15,362 bases of DNA from Minisyncoccia bacterium (GTDB lineage: Bacteria; Patescibacteriota; Minisyncoccia; Phycocordibacterales; PALSA-1337): positions 1-15,362 of the forward strand of contig JBBQVG010000022.1 in the NCBI GenBank assembly GCA_038211765.1. Direction: 5' to 3'. Made by a program: the position numbers and the translations under genes. Shown here piece after piece: positions 13,672-15,362 of the stretch (position 1 is its first letter; every line of letters begins with the position of its first letter). Below the pieces are notes generated by a model. The model was not told the DNA's origin. It ran no database searches and saw nothing but the letters and a program-made list of their open reading frames with translations.

Positions 13672-14700
13672 ATGTCTACTGGTAGGTTTCGTAATGAAGC
13701 ATACAATTGTGGCATGGATGAAAAGGGTAAAAATATATTATTGTACGCATCACCTGATGGGGCACTCAAGTTGGAGGTGTCGATTGATGGCGAGACGGTT
13801 TGGCTGTCACAAAAGCAGATGGCGGAGCTTTTTGATTGCAGTGTCTTTAATATCAATGTGCATTTAAAGAATGTGTATAAAGAGGGCGAATTAGTGGAAA
13901 GTCGAACTATTGAGGAATCCTCAATAGTTCAAAAAGAAGGAGGGCGGACTGTTTCTCGAAGTACTATGTTTTATAACTTAGACGCCATTATTTCCGTCGG
14001 ATACCGTATCAATTCCATAAGAGGCACACAATTTCGCATCTGGGCCACAAAAAAGCTGAAAGAGTACATAGTCAAAGGCTTTGTCCTCGATGACGAACGG
14101 CTGGCTCAGGGCAAGAAATCAGATTACTTTGATGAGCTTCTCGAGCGAATCCGTGGTATCCGCGCCAGCGAACGCAATTTTTATCAGAAGATTACTGATA
14201 TCTATGCCACAAGTGTGGATTACAACAAGAATATAGAGGACACCCGGAAATTCTTTGCAGGAGTGCAGAACAAGATTCACTATGCAGTTCATGGCAAGAC
14301 TGCAGCAGAAATAATTGATTCTCGAGCTGATGCAAAGAAAAAGTATATGGGACTGACCAATTTCAAAGGGAAACTCATTAAACAATCCGATATTTCCATC
14401 GCCAAGAATTATTTGAATGAAAAGGAATTGAAACAACTTAACCTGATAACCACGCTCTATCTCGACTTTGCAGAATTGCAGGCAAGCAACGAACGTCCGA
14501 TGACTATGAAGGAGTGGGTCAGTAAACTGGATGATTTCCTAAAGTTGAGTGAAAAGAAGGTCTTGAAAGGTGTTGGTACGATGAGTAAAAGCGTTGCGGA
14601 CAAGAAAGCGCACGCAGAATTTGAGAAGTACCGCAAAGAGAAGGATAAAAAATATGCTTCAGATTTTGACAGGCAGATGAGGAAGTATGTGAAGAAGTAA
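13672..14700 (+). CDS. RhuM-family (virulence RhuM-like) protein
   Basis: 342 aa. VWLSQKQMAELFDCSVFNINVHLKNVYKEGEL, FYNLDAIISVGYRINSIRGTQFRIWATKKLKEYIVKGFVLDDERL. Confidence 0.93.
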   Translation: MSTGRFRNEAYNCGMDEKGKNILLYASPDGALKLEVSIDGETVWLSQKQMAELFDCSVFNINVHLKNVYKEGELVESRTIEESSIVQKEGGRTVSRSTMFYNLDAIISVGYRINSIRGTQFRIWATKKLKEYIVKGFVLDDERLAQGKKSDYFDELLERIRGIRASERNFYQKITDIYATSVDYNKNIEDTRKFFAGVQNKIHYAVHGKTAAEIIDSRADAKKKYMGLTNFKGKLIKQSDISIAKNYLNEKELKQLNLITTLYLDFAELQASNERPMTMKEWVSKLDDFLKLSEKKVLKGVGTMSKSVADKKAHAEFEKYRKEKDKKYASDFDRQMRKYVKK

Positions 14701-14759
14701 CTAGTAATCGGGCAAATAAAAAAGGCAACCGTTGGATGTGGTCACCATTTAATTGCGAA

Positions 14760-15080
14760 CTAGAACTTTCTTCTGACGAGACAAAGAAGGGCTTCTTCTT
14801 GAGGGGGAATATCATCGGCCCTTCCTTTGGGATGAGTCCAGTAGTGCCCTGGTGTGAAATTTAGTGACCCTTCCCCGACTATCTGCTCGAGCTCCGTGAA
14901 TGTTGGAAGCCGTCCTCCGTCATGGTTTAAAACAACCTCAAACAAGTGTTCACTTTTGACGACTCCCATGTGAAATGTTTCCAATGGCAATGGTCCAATT
15001 TTATTCATACTGTTCCTTTCTACATCAACAAGGGTTCCTTTCGTTTGCCAAAAATTACCATTTAGGGTAGATTGTGTCAA
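14760..15080 (-). CDS. Hypothetical protein
   Basis: 106-aa ORF with TTG start ([15 protein letters not shown]...). An internal ATG ([12 protein letters not shown]) may be the true start. Confidence 0.5.
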   Translation of the reverse strand: MTQSTLNGNFWQTKGTLVDVERNSMNKIGPLPLETFHMGVVKSEHLFEVVLNHDGGRLPTFTELEQIVGEGSLNFTPGHYWTHPKGRADDIPPQEEALLCLVRRKF

Positions 15081-15095
15081 TCAAACCAAACCACC

Positions 15096-15362
15096 ATGCT
15101 TATACCAACAGTCATCGAAAAGTCATCATTCGGCGAGCGCGCGTACGACATCTATTCACGCCTTCTTCGCGACAACATTGTTTTTCTCGGCGGGCCTATA
15201 GATGACCACACGGCCAACCTTATCATTGCTCAACTCCTTTTCTTGCAATCAGAAGACTCGAAGAAAGATATTTCACTCTACGTCAACTCTCCTGGCGGTT
15301 CGGTTTCTTCTACTTTGGCCATCATCGATACCATGCAACACATCAAGAACGATGTTTCGACA
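15096..15362 (+). CDS. clpP: ATP-dependent Clp protease proteolytic subunit, N-terminal part
   Basis: [81 protein letters not shown], continuing past the window end. Confidence 0.96.
   Translation, partial: MLIPTVIEKSSFGERAYDIYSRLLRDNIVFLGGPIDDHTANLIIAQLLFLQSEDSKKDISLYVNSPGGSVSSTLAIIDTMQHIKNDVST

Noticed and set aside
1-15362. CRISPR array or transposase-bearing insertion sequence
   Set aside because: No regularly spaced repeats and no transposase or recombinase ORF visible in the window.

Overview
Bacterial chromosomal fragment. The gene content (RNase Y, ClpP, YraN, CCA-adding enzyme, a SWIB-domain protein, many tiny ORFs and structured intergenic RNAs) looks like a reduced genome such as Patescibacteria/CPR; that placement is inference. 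Ordinary genes: 3' part of exonuclease III, CCA tRNA nucleotidyltransferase (-), tRNA-Arg(TCG), tRNA-Gly(GCC), YraN-family protein, tRNA-Pro(TGG), a membrane/coiled-coil protein, tRNA-Gly(TCC), RBBP9/YdeN-type hydrolase, HU (-), SWIB protein, TrmB-like regulator, RNase Y (-), RelB/DinJ-like antitoxin with a shortened RelE-like partner (-), RhuM-family protein, and the start of ClpP. The standout is about 3.5 kb (7798-11338) on the + strand between a good sigma70-type promoter and a strong terminator. It begins with about 800 nt of hairpin-rich, essentially non-coding sequence. It continues as modules of tiny or unknown ORFs separated by RNA elements, including three complete type III hammerhead ribozymes (about 9111-9163, 9973-10024, 10299-10349). 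Each hammerhead is directly preceded by a hairpin and directly followed by a boxA-like GTTCTTTACA-type motif. Each motif is then followed by a 16-18 bp stem that hides the start codon, and in one case also the Shine-Dalgarno, of the next ORF. I consider this modular ribozyme / boxA-like / start-hairpin / small-ORF array the best candidate for an undescribed system. Other signals: a 90-bp element (two copies, about 88% identical) that recreates the 3' end of the adjacent tRNA, a cluster of parS-like sites inside cca, and two hairpin-rich intergenic regions with minus-strand promoters and no convincing ORFs.
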